The notes: generated from the letters alone by a model not told the origin. A stretch of DNA of 64,000 bases from Eledone cirrhosa (GCA_964016885.1 OZ024744.1:45446001-45510000); one strand, 5' to 3'. Counted from the first letter of the stretch, positions 33,004 to 46,187 are shown. A program made the numbers and translations.

Positions 33004-33192
33004 AACCAGTAAGACCCCGACGGCTGAGCTCAAGTCGTTTCGACGGCTAATTCTGGACTGAATTAGCCGTCGAAACGGCTTGAGCTCAGCCGTCGGGGTC
33101 TTACTGGTTCCTATTACCCACTCTACTACCCCAAGTATTGAATACTTTGGTGCGTTATGGTCCACCTGGTTCCTTACCACATTTCCTTCGTT
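33000..33192 (+). mobile_element. Hairpin-headed insertion in (TA)n retaining the 3' half of a hammerhead (Penelope-like terminus)
   Basis: ~55-bp near-perfect inverted arms over 33000-33113 with loop TGGACT. The right arm reads stem II-GAAA-CGGCT tgagctc AGCCG-TC^-GGGGTC. Unique ~80-bp tail; TA tracts on both sides. Confidence 0.6.
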
Positions 33193-33372
33193 ATATATAT
33201 ATATATATATATATATATGCCAGGGACAGAGGGAGTTTGGTCCATTTGTGTTTGGACCTGGTGTATATATGTATATATCAGAGATAATGAATGTAATAAC
33301 TGTTTTCTGTATTTGTAATGTTATTTGTATATATACATGTAGGTTTACTATGATTTTGTTTATATATTCTAG

Positions 33373-33432
33373 GTGACCATATTACCCAGTCCCCTCGCAT
33401 TGCTTCAATGGAGCCAAAATCAACTAAAAAGT
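33373..33432 (+). CDS. Mini-exon 7 (type A'): DHITQSPRIASMEPKSTKK
   Basis: ttctag|...AAAAAGT|gtaagt; 60 bp. Confidence 0.73.
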
Positions 33433-33506
33433 GTAAGTTATAATTTGAACATCATCTACTAAGTTATTCAGTAATTTATCCTTTCTCTCTATATATAAAT
33501 ATATGT

Positions 33507-36500
33507 ATCATCATCATCATCATCATCAGGTTTAGCGTCCGTGTTCCACGCTTGCATGGGTTTGGACGGGGGTTTTCCCACTTGAGGCAAGAGTGGTTGT
33601 CTTGCTCGCATAGGACTATCTGGCGGGTTTTCTACAGTTGGATGCCCTTCCTAACACCAACCACATTTACAGTGTGGGGCTGGGAGGTTTTTACCGTGTT
33701 GCCTACACGGCCACATTACAGCGTGGACTGTCTGGCGGGTTTTCTACAGCTGGATGCCCTTCCTAACACCAACCACATTTACAGTGTGGGGCTGGGAGGT
33801 TTTTACCGTGTTGCCTACACGGCCACATTTACAGCGTGGACTGTGTGTTTTTTGTCGTGACACCTACACGATCTCATTTGTTTCGGCCTGGATGTTGTGG
33901 GACCAACATAACTTTACATTGAAAGGGGCGGTGTGGGTGGGGTGGAGGTGGTGGGACGGGGGTGTGTTTTGATAGAGATGCCTACTGACTGTAGTAGGTT
34001 TTTACTTTGTATTTAGGTAAGGCGGGTCTTCTCTATTACTGAGTACCGCCAAAGGTCTCGGTCCAGTGACATTGTCTTGGAGAGGTGTAAGCGTGTGAGG
34101 TCGGAATTTATCAGCTCGTCCCATGTTTTTCTGGGTCTGCCTACTCCGTGGCTACCGTCTATCTTTATTGCCCTGCACTTTATTATACAGCTGTCGTCTT
34201 TCATGCGCATCACGTGACCGTACCAACGTAGCCTTCTCTCGAGTAAACAACATCTGATCCCTCTTATTTCTAATTTTTTCCTTAGTTCGTTTATGCTTTG
34301 CCGTTCACGTATATTACTATTGCACATCCAGCGGAGCATGCAAGCTTCGTTCCTCTCTAGTCTGCGTATATCCTCTGCACACAATGCCCAGGTCTCACTG
34401 CCATGCAGCATTGCTGTTCGTATGCAGGCATCGTACAACCTGCCTTTCATTTTTAGGGAGAACCCTCTAGCGGCTAATAGTAGTATAAGCTCTCTGAACT
34501 TTTTCCATCCAGTTCTGACTCTAGCTACTGTACTTTCAGAGCACCCTCCCCCACTGCTGATTTTGTCACCCAGATAACGGAAGCTGTCCACTATTTCTAT
34601 AGAACCCTCTGCGCAGTTGAAGGAGCTAGATTTTGTGGGCACTTGCTGCTACTTATTGCACCAGAGCACCGGCCACATGTAAAATCTATGTTCTTAGTTA
34701 GCTTACCTGTGATCCCACTACATCTTTTATGCACCCATACTTTGCATTTGGGACATAAAATGGAGTTTCTACCTACGCCTTTCCTACACACTGAGCATGG
34801 CCATTTCCCAAATGGGACCGTCGCCTTATTTTCTTTCCTACAAACTAGAACTTTAGTCTTAGCCAGGTTAATTTTAAGGCCTTTTGATTCTAGGCCGTGC
34901 TTCCATGTTTGGAATTTCTTCTCTAGTTCGGTCATTGATTCAGCTATGAGCGTTAGATCATCTGCGTATAGGAGTTCCCATGGGCAGCCGGTCTTGAACT
35001 CCTCTGTTATAGCCTGAAGGGCAATAATAAATAGTAGGGGGCTAAGAACAGAGCCCTGATGGACACCAACTTTTACGCTAAACTCTTCACTATATTCGTT
35101 GTTAATTCTAACCTTACTGACTGTTTCTTTATACATGGCTTGTATAGCTCTCACAAGCCATTCGTCAACACCTAGTTTTCTAAGAGACCACCAGATAATG
35201 GAACGGGGGACTCTGTCGAAAGCTTTCTCCAAGTCGACGAAAGCTAAGTATAGGGGTTTACTTTTAGCTAGGTACTTCTCCTGTAGTTGTCGTACAATGA
35301 AAAGAGCGTCTGTGGTACTTTTGCATGACACAAACCCGAACTGCATTTCATCTAGATCAATTCTCTCTCTGATTAGTTGCGCTATTACTTTTTCCGTGAC
35401 CTTCATGACCTGGTCGATTAATTGAATGCCTCTATAGTTAATCCTATCTAGGGCATCTCCTTTTCCCTTATAGCAGTTAACGATGATGCTGCTACGCCAT
35501 TCCTTCGGAACAACCCCATTCTGTACGACTTGGTTAACTATCCGGGTGACCATGGTGTGTCCCACCGAACCAGATGCCTTCAGCATCTCAGCAACTATTT
35601 CCGAAGGCCCAGCCGCCTTACCCGTCTTCATATCTTTGATTGCCTTACTTATTATACTACCTTCAACTAACACTGCTGGTCCCTCTATTGGATCGATCTG
35701 GGGGAGACTGTCTTTCTCCCATTTGTTCTCCTCATTTAGAAGCCTTTCGTAGTGATACTTCCAAGCTACCTTCTTATCAGCGTCGGTGATGGCAAGTATG
35801 CCATCATCATTAAGTACACACTTCTCCCCGACAATATCACGGTTTTCCTTGACACATTGCCTAGCAATCCTGAACACCTCACGTTTTTGGTCCTCACGTT
35901 GTAGAACATGCTTGAACTTTCTTTCCTCTGCTTCCCTTCTTGCGAAGTACACTTGTCTCCTAGCTTCCCTCCTGGCCACTTGATAGTCTTCTCTACTTCC
36001 CCCATCCCGCCATACTTTCCAAGCCTGCTTTTTGGCCTTAATTGACTCCTCCACCTTACTGTTCCACCACCATGTTACTCTCCTCCTACCTACAGGCCTG
36101 CTCCAGCCACAGACTTCGTCTGCCGCCGTCAGCAGGTTTGCTCTCAGGAATTCCCACTGTTCCTCTATATTATACGACTCTAATTGCTCTTCCTTACTGT
36201 CGAAAGCGTCAAGTAATATGCTTTGAAATTTATTTCTGGCTATGGGGTCCTTTAGCTTCCATATTTTTCTCCTGAGGATAGTCCTCTTCCGCTGTCTAGT
36301 ACGTCTCGTCCTGACTATTAGGTCGCTAATTATCAGTCTATGTTGGGAGGTGAATTCTTCATGGGGGTGGGATTTAGTGTTAACAACAGACACTCTGTCA
36401 CGTCTTCTGGTAAGGATATAATCTATCTGGCTTGTGTGTTCCCCCGATCTATAGGTGATCAAGTGATTGTCTCGTTTTTTGAAGTTAGTGTTACAGATAG

Positions 36501-36624
36501 TTAAGTTATTTGCGTCGCAGAATTCCAGGATTCTGGAGCCTTCCTCATTTCTAGTACCGAACCCATAGCCTGCATGGATTCCGTCATAGCCGTCACAATG
36601 TTGTCCAACGTGACCATTTAGGTC
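33507..36624 (-). mobile_element. RTE LINE subfamily A, 5'-truncated, frameshifted, with ~110-bp tandem duplication in the 3' UTR
   Basis: ORFs 36711-34597 and 34642-34013; (ATC)n tail at 33507; duplicated UTR block ~33620-33840. Confidence 0.95.
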
Positions 36625-36643
36625 TATATATATATATATATAC

Positions 36644-37450
36644 AACGAAAGGCAGGTTGTATGATGCCTGCATACAAACAGCAATGTTGCATGGCAGTGA
36701 GACCTGGGCATTGTGTGCAGAGGATATATGCAGACTAGAGAGGAACGAAGCTTGCATCCTCCGCTGGATGTGTAATAGTAATATACGTGAACGGCAAAGC
36801 ATAAACGAACTAAGGAAAAAATTAGAAATAAGAGGGATCAGATGTTGTTTACTCGAGAGAAGGCTACGTTGGTATGTACACGTGATGCACATGAAAGTCG
36901 ATAGCTGTATAACAAAGTGCAGGGCAATAAAGATAGACGGTAGCCACGGAATAGGCAGACCTAGAAAAACCTGGGACGAGCTGATAAACTCCGACCTCAC
37001 ACACTTACACCTCTCCAAGACAATGTCACTGGACCGAGACCTTTGGCGGTACTCAGTAATAGAGAAGACCCGCCTTACCTAAATACATAGTAAAACCTAC
37101 TACAGTCAGTAGGCATCTCTAACAAAATACACCCCCGTCCCACCACCCCCACCTCATTCCACACCGCCCCCTTCTATGTAAAGTTATGTTGGTGCCACAC
37201 CATCCAGGCCGAAACAAATGAGATTGTGTAGGTGTCACGACAAAAAAACACACAGTCCACGCTGTAATGTGGCCGTGTAGGCAACACGGTAAAAACCTCC
37301 CAGACCCACACTGTAAATGTGGTTGGTGTTAGGAAGGGCATCCAACTGTAGAAAACCTGCCAGACAGTCCTATGCGAGCAAGACAATCACTCTTGCCTCC
37401 ATGCAAGCGTGGAACACGGACGTTAAACGTTGATGATGATGATGATGATG
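36644..37450 (+). mobile_element. RTE LINE subfamily A 3' fragment, back-to-back with the previous copy
   Basis: ORF 36657-37082 is the LINE C-terminus; 3' UTR and (GAT)n tail; separated from the minus-strand copy by a short (TA)n. Confidence 0.93.
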
Positions 37451-38306
37451 AATAAGGGTTGACGGACCCAGCATATTTATCAATGCCAGTACCGGTTGTA
37501 TCTCAGTGAAGTCAATGAGCAATGTAAGATACATTACAAGAGTATACACATAGTTATTTGCTTCAACACAACACACGTAACTTGGGTGCCTATAAGGTTC
37601 CCGGACTCGAGTTTCTGCAGCACTAATGCAGCAATAAGGTGCACTGCACCATCTGTCTGCATATATTATGCAACAATGCACAATTGGCTTATGCTGCTTC
37701 ATCAGCGGGTATCGCCTAATCAATAAACAATTGATCGACATAATCCAAACACCGGCCCGCGCCGGTCATGACTGTTTGTGACAACCAACATGTTAAAGCG
37801 ATTAACTGGCAACCAATAGGACTCTATCTCTCAACTAGCCACTGATTTATAAATTTTATATGGTGACGGGAAGCTATAAAGAATCAATATTTTAGTTCCT
37901 GTCAGAAGATCTCAGCCAACGTGTCTCACACACAAATTATCAAGGGGTGAAAAGATGGCTATTAGAAATAGCAGTTCACATTGATATAAAATAGAATGGT
38001 AGCATTCGGTTCATGTCTCCAAGCCCCATGGCTAAAGGAAAGCGATGGTAACAATGGTAGTGCCAAGAACCTTTATCGGACATTAAATGCGATCATCCAT
38101 TATATAACAATATCGTAGCGAGCTGAAATGTGTCAGTCACGTATATATATATGCCAGGGTCAGAGGGAGTTTGGTCCATTTGTGTTTGGACCTGGTGTAT
38201 ATATGTATATATAAGAGATAATGAATGTAATAACTGTTTCCTGTATTTGTAATGTTATTTGTATATATACATGTAGGTTTACTATGATTTTGTTTATATA
38301 TTCTAG

Positions 38307-38366
38307 GTGACCATATTACAGTGTCCCCTCGAATTGTTTCAATGGAGCCAAAATCAACTAAAGAGG
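38307..38366 (+). CDS. Mini-exon 8 (type A): DHITVSPRIVSMEPKSTKE
   Basis: ttctag|...AAAGAGG|gtacgt; 60 bp. Confidence 0.73.
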
Positions 38367-38436
38367 GTACGTTATAGTTTGAACATCATCTATTAAGTTA
38401 TTCAGTAATTTATCCAGTCTCTCTATATATAAATAT

Positions 38437-39060
38437 ATGTAATATACGCGAACGACAAAGCATAAATGAATTGAGAGAGAGACTGAGCATAAGAGGAATC
38501 AAATGCTGTGTGCAGGAGAGGCGGATGTGTTGGTATGGACATGTGATGCATATGAAGGATGACAGCTGCATAAAAAGGTGCAGTGCACTAGAAGTCGATG
38601 GAAACCGCGGAGTGGAGAGACCCAAGTTGACCTGTGATGAGGTGATAAAAGCCGACCTTACCAAATTACACCTCTCAAAGGCGATGACACACGACCGTGA
38701 CCTCTGGCATCACGCAGTAATACAGAGTACCCGGCCTCCCACGGGTACAGGCTGAAGCATATAGACAATATGCCCCACACCCTCCGACTGCAAGGTGGTC
38801 GTGGAGGTGCCACGGCAAAAACGCACCCAGCCCACACTGTAAAGTGGACGTGTAGGCGCCACGAAAAAGCACCCATCACTCACTGTAAATGAGGTTAGGA
38901 AGGGCATCCAGCTGTAGAAATTATACCAAATCAGTTCCTGTATGAGCAAGGCATGGTCAGCCGACCAGACACTGCCCACAACAGGACAACCCGTCTAACC
39001 CATGCTAGAGCGGATGAACAGACGTAAAACAGTGATGATGATGATGATGATGATGATGAT
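38437..39060 (+). mobile_element. RTE LINE subfamily B 3' fragment
   Basis: Matches 22970-23578; ORF 38471-38755; (GAT)n tail. Confidence 0.92.
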
Positions 39061-39407
39061 ATATATATGCCAGGGACAGAGGGAGTTTGGTCCATTTGTG
39101 TTTGGACCTGTGCGTGTGAATGTAAGAATAAATTTGCTTTATTAGGACTGTTGCTATGATTATAGAAAATTTAGTAGTAAATGTATATTTACGGATCTAA
39201 GCAGTTGGCGTCCTGAATCCTTTCACTATATATAAATATATATATATAAAAGGCAGTGGCAGTGGGAGTTTAGTCCTTATATGTTTGGACCGAGTGTATA
39301 TATGTATATATCAGAGATAATGAATCTAATAACTATTTCCAGTATTTGTAATGTTATTTGTATATATATACCTGTAAGTTTACTATGATGTTGTTTATAT
39401 ATTCTAG

Positions 39408-39467
39408 GTGACCATATTACCGTGTACCCTCCCAGTGCTGCAATGAAGCCTGAAACTACTCAAAAGA
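39408..39467 (+). CDS. Mini-exon 9 (type B): DHITVYPPSAAMKPETTQK
   Basis: ttctag|...CAAAAGA|gtaagt; 60 bp. Confidence 0.75.
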
Positions 39468-40178
39468 GTAAGTTATAATTTAAACATCATGTAATAAGTT
39501 ATTCAGTAACTTATTTAGGTTTTCAACAGTAAATTTATAACTACTTAATTCAGTCAACAATATCAAACTCTATATTACAAACTCCATAACATAATCCAGA
39601 ATAAACATTTTATTGACTTCCTCAAAGACCTTGTAATGATGACAAAAGTATAGCTAGACTTTTTTAGGGCATTATCAGAGATAGCTGAGAAAGAATGACA
39701 TTACATGTGGTTCAAATGAGAAGATAAACGTTGCACAAGATTCATTGAGGTAGATTGAATTATTTCAGAGATCAGTATTCTCTTCTTTATCAAAACTTTA
39801 TCCTACAGTTCTTCACAATTTCTTGTCACCCTTCATTGTTCATACGCTGCATCCTCTTCTCCACTACATCTGCCAGTACCCTATATATTTGGGAAAACCA
39901 CTATATAAATCTGATCTTCAGGACCGGTGGGAAACTGTAGAATGTTTCTCCCATAATTCAAGACATCCCACATATGACTAAACACACTTTACTGATTTTG
40001 GAAGTTTTAGATTTGTGGGAAAAGTAAGCATGTCCTTGAGAGAACAAACCGTATAATTTGATCTAGTTGATTAAATAAATGACAACTCATTCTACCATTT
40101 CTTCAACTTGACAACAAACTCTTCTCAAGAAAGCCTACAAGCCTTTATTATTCTTTTATTCTTTATATTTTTTTCCAG

Positions 40179-40244
40179 GTGTGACTCCTGTAGAGATCTT
40201 TGTCTCTAAATCAGGCACACACAAAAGAGGTGGATCAAAAGAAA
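40179..40244 (+). CDS. Mini-exon 10 (type C): VTPVEIFVSKSGTHKRGGSKE
   Basis: ttttccag|GTGTGA...AAAGAAA|gtaagt; 66 bp. Confidence 0.78.
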
Positions 40245-40875
40245 GTAAGTTGTATTTCAAACCCATTCCTACCAGTTAGTACAGAAAACTATTACACGTG
40301 TTTCAACATTATATCAAATTGACATTATATTGTATATTTGTATACATTCTAAGTTTATGTAATGTGTATGGTGGACCTATTGCATAAAATTGTGTGTACA
40401 TATATAAGTGAAGTGATGTTGGTATTATGTGTATGTTGATGTATACATATAGGTATATTGGGTTGTATATTAATTCATTGTGTACCTGTTTGGGTGTGTT
40501 TCACCGGTGATGCTTTTTTTAGTGTGTGTGAGCCCTGTTATTGTTTGTGTGAGTGTGAGTTTGTGTGTGTGCAATCTCTGTGCGTGTGTATGTAAGAATA
40601 AATTTGCTTTATTAGGACTGTTGCCATGATTGGAGAAAATTTAGTAGTAAATGTATATTTACGGATCTAAGCAGTTGGCATCCTGAATCCTTTCACTATA
40701 TATAAATATATATATATAAATGGCAGTGGCAGTGGGAGTTTGGTCCATATATGTTTGGACCTGGTGTATATATGTATATATCAGAGATAATGAATCTAAT
40801 AACTGTTTCCTGTATTTGTAATGTTATTTGTATATATACATGTAGGTTTACTATGATTTTGTTTATATATTCTAG

Positions 40876-40935
40876 GTGACCATATTACACAGTCGCCTCG
40901 CATTGCTTCAATGGAGGCAAACTCAACTAAAAAGG
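40876..40935 (+). CDS. Mini-exon 11 (type A'): DHITQSPRIASMEANSTKK
   Basis: ttctag|...AAAAAGG|gtaagt; 60 bp. Confidence 0.75.
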
Positions 40936-41011
40936 GTAAGTTATAGTTTGAACATCATCTAATAAGTTATTCAGTAATTTATCCATTCTCTCTATATATA
41001 AATATATGTAT

Positions 41012-41503
41012 ATCATCATCATTATCATCATCGTTTAATGTCCATCTTCCATGCTTGCATGGGTTTGGACGGGAGTTTTTCCACTTGAGGCAAGAGTGGT
41101 TGTCTTGCTCGCACAGGACCCTCTGGCGGGTTTTCTCCGGCTGGATGCCCTTCCTAACACCAACCTCGTTTACAGTGTAGACTGGGTGATTTTTACCGTG
41201 TTAACTACATGGCCGCATTACAGCATGGACCGTGTGTTTTTTTGTCATGACACCTACACGACCTCATTTGTTTCAGACTGGATGTTGTGGTACCAACAAA
41301 ACTTTACATTGAAAGGGGTGGTGTGCATGGGGTGCGGGTAGTTGGACGGGGGTGTATTTGTGTTAGAGGTGCTTACTGATTGTAGTAGGTTTCACTTTGT
41401 ACTTAGGTAAGGCGGGGCTTCTGTATTACTGTGTAACGTCAAAAATCTCGGTCCAGTGACATTGTCTTGGAGAGGTGTAAGTGCGTGATGTCGGAATTTA
41501 TCA
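41012..41503 (-). mobile_element. Diverged RTE LINE subfamily A 3' fragment
   Basis: (ATC)n tail, 3' UTR and last ORF codons; more diverged than its neighbours. Confidence 0.9.
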
Positions 41504-41504
41504 A

Positions 41505-42321
41505 GTATATATCTTTCGTTCATGAAATCCACCCAACTTATGCAGACCAGGACTACCATGTTGCTTGTTTTTTCCTTTCTTTGGTTTGCTTTTATCCTTC
41601 TATGTTTTTCACTTGTCCCCCTCGCTTTACGCGATTTACTGGTCCTGATAACTTGTTTTAATTATTGCTCGCACCAACCTGAGGTATATGGTTTTTAATG
41701 CGATGAAATACCAATGATGGTTGGAAAATCACTGACGAAGGACTATTTTTATCATATGTAACCCATGTGCAACCTCGCAGTATTCTTCTTTCTTCTCATG
41801 TTTTTTATATATATTTACCTCGGCTGCGTTTGTCTGTTTCTCTCTTACTGCTTCCGCGTTCTCTCTGTTTCTCTCACCTTCTTTCGCCCCCTCTGTCAGT
41901 TACACTTTCTCTCAACTGACCGTTTCCTCGCACTTCCACTCACTCACTCTCTGTTTCTCCTCTTCTCACTTCCTCCCGTTTGGCTTACAGTGGGTCTCTT
42001 CTTGCATACATCTCACTCACGTCGGACATCTGTACCTTTCGCTCATGAAATCCACCCAGTTTATGCTGACCAGGACTACCATGTTGCTTGTTTTTTTCCT
42101 TTCTTTGGTTTGCTTTTATCCTTCTATGTTGTTTACTTGTCCCCCTCGCTTTACCCGATTTACTGGTCCCAATAACTTTTTTTAGTTATTGCTCGCACCA
42201 ACCTGAGGTATATGATTTTTAATGCGATGAAATACCAATGATTGTTGGAAAATCACTGACGAAGGACTATTTTTATCATATGTAACCCATTTGCAACCAC
42301 GCAGTATTCTTCTTTCTTCTC

Positions 42322-42328
<7 letters not shown>
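41505..42328. repeat. Unclassified insertion with ~290-bp direct repeats (523-bp period) and a pyrimidine-rich spacer
   Basis: 41513-41810 is similar to 42036-42328. Each repeat has CACTGACGAAGGAC (41732, 42256). Ends in (TA)n. Confidence 0.6.
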
Positions 42329-42359
<31 letters not shown>

Positions 42360-42510
42360 AGGGACAGAGGGAGTTTGGTCCATTTGTGTTTGGACCTGGT
42401 GTATATATGTATATATCAGAGATAATGAATCTAATAACTATTTCCAGTATTTGTAATGTTATTTGTATATATACATGTAGGTTTACTATGATTTTGTTTA
42501 TATATTCTAG

Positions 42511-42570
42511 GTGACCATATTACACAGTCCCCTCGCATTGCTTCAATGGAGCCAAAATCAACTAAAAAGG
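42511..42570 (+). CDS. Mini-exon 12 (type A'): DHITQSPRIASMEPKSTKK
   Basis: ttctag|...AAAAAGG|gtaagt; 60 bp. Confidence 0.75.
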
Positions 42571-42637
42571 GTAAGTTATAGTTTGGACATCATCTAATAA
42601 GTTATTCAGCAATTTATCCTTTCTCTCTATATATAAA

Positions 42638-42670
<33 letters not shown>

Positions 42671-42823
42671 GCGAGAGACAGTGAGAGTTTGGTCCATATG
42701 AGTTTGCACCTAGTATATAGGTATATATATGAGATAATGAATCTAATAACTGATTCCCTGTATTTGTAATGTTATTTGTATATATACATGTAGGTTTACT
42801 ATGATGTTGTTTATATATTCTAG

Positions 42824-42883
42824 GTGACCATATTACCGTGTACCCTCCCAGTGCCGCAATGAAGCCTGAAACTACTCAAAAGA
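42824..42883 (+). CDS. Mini-exon 13 (type B): DHITVYPPSAAMKPETTQK
   Basis: ttctag|...CAAAAGA|gtaagt; differs from exon 9 by a synonymous GCT>GCC change. Confidence 0.75.
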
Positions 42884-43599
42884 GTAAGTTATAATTTAAA
42901 CATCATGTAATAAGTTATTCAGTATCTTATTTAGGTTTTCAACAGTAAATTTATAACTACTTAATTCAGTTAACAATATCAAACTCTATATTACAAACTC
43001 CATAACATAATCCAGAATAAACATTTTATTGACTTCCTCAAAGACCTTGTAATGATGACAAAAGTATAGCTAGACTTTTTTAGGGCATTATCAGAGAGAG
43101 CTGAGAAAGAAGGACATTACATGTGGTTCAAATGAGAAGATAAATGTTGCACTAGATTCATTGAGGTAGATTGAATTATTTCAGAGATCAGTATTCTCTT
43201 CTTTATCAAAACTTTATCCTACAGTACTTCACAATTCTTTGTCACCCTTCATTGTTCATATGCTGCATCCTCTTCTCCACTACATCTGCCAGTACCCTAA
43301 ATATTTGGTTAAACAACTATATATATTTGTTCTTCAGGACCAGTGGCAAACTGTAGAATGTTTTTCTCATAATTCTAGACATCGCACATATGACTAGCCA
43401 CACATTACTCCTTTTGTAAGTTTTAGATTTGTGGGAAAAGTAAGCATGTCCTTGAGAGAACAAACCATACAATTTGATCTAGTTGATTAAATAAATGACA
43501 ACTCATTCTACCCTTCCCTTTCTTCAAATTGACAACAAACACTTCTCAAGAAAGCCTTCTAGCTTTTATTATTCTTTTCTTCTGTATATTTTTTTGCAG

Positions 43600-43665
43600 G
43601 TGTGACTCCTGTAGAGATCTTTGTCTCTAAATCAGGCACACACATAAGAGGTGGATCAAAAGAAA
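43600..43665 (+). CDS. Mini-exon 14 (type C): VTPVEIFVSKSGTHIRGGSKE
   Basis: tttttgcag|GTGTGA...AAAGAAA|gtaagt; 66 bp. Confidence 0.78.
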
Positions 43666-44119
43666 GTAAGTTGTATTTCAAACCCATTCCTGCCAGTTAG
43701 TACAGAAAACTATTACACTGTTTCAACATTATATCAAATTGACGTTATATTGTATATTTGTATACATTCTAAGTTTATGTAATGTGTATGGTGGACCTAT
43801 TGCATAAAATTGTGTGTACATATATAAGTGAAGTGATGTTGGTATTAATTGTATGTTGATGTATACATATAGGTATATTGGGCTGTATATTAATTCATTG
43901 TGTACCTGTTTGGGTGTGTTTCACCGGTGATGCTTTTTTGAGTGTGTGTGAGCCCTGTTTGTGTTTGTGTGAGTGTGAGTTTGCGTGTGTGCAATCTCTG
44001 TGCGTGTGTATCTAAGAATAAATTTGCTTTATTAGGACTGTTGCCATGATTATAGAAAATTTAGTAGTAAATGTATATTTACGGATGTAAGCAGTTAGCG
44101 TCCTGAATGCTTTCACTAT

Positions 44120-45862
44120 ATCATCATCATCATCATCATCAACGTTTAACGTCCGTGTTCCACGCTTGCATGGGTTTGGACGGGGGTAGTCCCACTTGAG
44201 GCAAGAGTGATTGTCTTGCTCGCATAGGACTGTCTGGCAGGTTTTCTACAGTTGGATGCCCTTCCTAACACCAACCACATTTACAGTGTGGGTCTGGGAG
44301 GTTTTTACCGTGTTGCCTACACGGCCACATTACAGCGTGGACTGTGTGTTTTTTTGTCGTGACACCTACACGATCTCATTTGTTTCGGCCTCGATGGTGC
44401 GGCACCAACATAACTTTACATAGAACGGGGTGGTGTGGATGGGGTGGGGGTGGTGGTGGTGGGACCGGGTGTATTTTGTTAGAGATGCCTACTGGCTGGA
44501 GTAGGTTTTACTATATATTTAGGTAAGGCGGGTCTTCTCTGTTACTGAGTACCGCCAAAGGTCTCGGTCCAGTGACATTGTCTTGGAGAGGTGTAAGTGT
44601 GTGATGTCGGAGTTTATCAGCTCGTCCCAGGTTTTTCTAGGTCTGCCTATTCCGTGACTACCGTCTATCTTTATTGCCCTGCACTTTGTTATACAGCTAT
44701 CGACTTTCATGCGCATCACGTGTCCATACCAACGTAGCCTTCTCTCGAGTAAACAACATCTGATCCCTCTTATCTCTAATTTTTTCCTTAGTTCGTTTAT
44801 GCTTTGCCGTTCACGTATATTACTGTTACACATCCAGCGGAGCATGCAAGCTTCGTTCCTCTCTAGTCTGCGTATATCCTCTGCACACAATGCCCAGGTC
44901 TCACTGCCATGCAGCATTGCTGTTCGTATGCAGGCATCGTACAACCTGCCTTTCATTTTTAGTGAGAACCCTTTAGCAGCTAATAGTGGTATAAGCTCTC
45001 TGAACTTTTTCCAACCAGTTCTGACTCTAGCTACAGTACTTTCAGAGCACCCTCCCCCACTGCTGATTTTATCGCCCAGGTAACGGAAGCTGTCCACTAT
45101 TTCTATAGAACCCTCTGCACAATTGAAAGAGCTAGTAGTTTGTGGGCACTTGCTGCTACTTATTGCACCAGAGCACCGGCCACATGTAAAATCTATGTTC
45201 TTAGTTAGCTTACCTGTGATCCCACTACATCTTTTATGCACCCATACTTTGCATTTAGGACATAAAATGGAGTTTCTACCTACGCCTTTCCTACACACCG
45301 AGCACGACCATTTCCCAGAAGGGACCGCCGCCTTGTTTTCTTTCCTACAAACTAGTACTTTGGTCTTAGCCAGGTTAATTTTAAGTCCTTTTAACTCTAG
45401 GCCGTGCTTCCATGTTTGGAATTTCTTCTCTAGCTCGGCCATTGATTCCGCTATGAGTGTCAGGTCGTCTGCGTATAGGAGTTCCCATGGGAAGCCTGTC
45501 TTGAACTCCTCTGTTATAGCCTGAAGGGCAATAATAAATAGTAGTGGGCTGAGAACAGAGCCCTGATGGACGCCAACTTTTACACTAAACTCTTCACTAT
45601 ATTCGTTGTTAATTCTAACCTTGCTGACTGTTTCTTTATACATGGCTTGTATAGCCCTCACAAGCCATTCGTCAACGCCTAGTTTTCTAAGAGCCCACCA
45701 GATAATGGAGCGGGGGACTCTGTCGAAGGCTTTCTCCAAGTCGACAAAAGCTAAGTAGAGGGGTTTACCTTTAGCTAGGTACTTCTCCTGTAGTTGTCGT
45801 ACTATGAAAAGAGCGTCTGTGGTACTTTTGCCTGACACAAACCCGAACTGCATTTCATCTAG
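44120..45862 (-). mobile_element. RTE LINE subfamily A, 5'-truncated within RT, remaining frame intact
   Basis: LINE-derived part of ORF 46048-44519 from LDEMQFGF onward; (ATC)n tail at 44120. Confidence 0.95.
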
Positions 45863-46020
45863 GTATAAATATATATAAATGGCAGTGGCAGTGGGAGTTT
45901 GGACCTGGTGTATATATGTATATATCAGAGATAATGAATCTAATAACTGATTCCATGTATTTATAATGTTATTTGTATATATACGTGTAGGTTTACTATG
46001 ATTTTGTTTATATATTCTAG

Positions 46021-46080
46021 GTGACCATATTACCCAGTCCCCTCGCATTGCTTCAATGGAGCCAAAATCAACTAAAAAGG
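46021..46080 (+). CDS. Mini-exon 15 (type A'): DHITQSPRIASMEPKSTKK
   Basis: ttctag|...AAAAAGG|gtaagt; 60 bp. Confidence 0.75.
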
Positions 46081-46137
46081 GTAAGTTATAGTTTGAACAT
46101 CATCTAAAAAGTTATTCAGTAATTTATCCTTTCTCTC

Positions 46138-46187
<50 letters not shown>

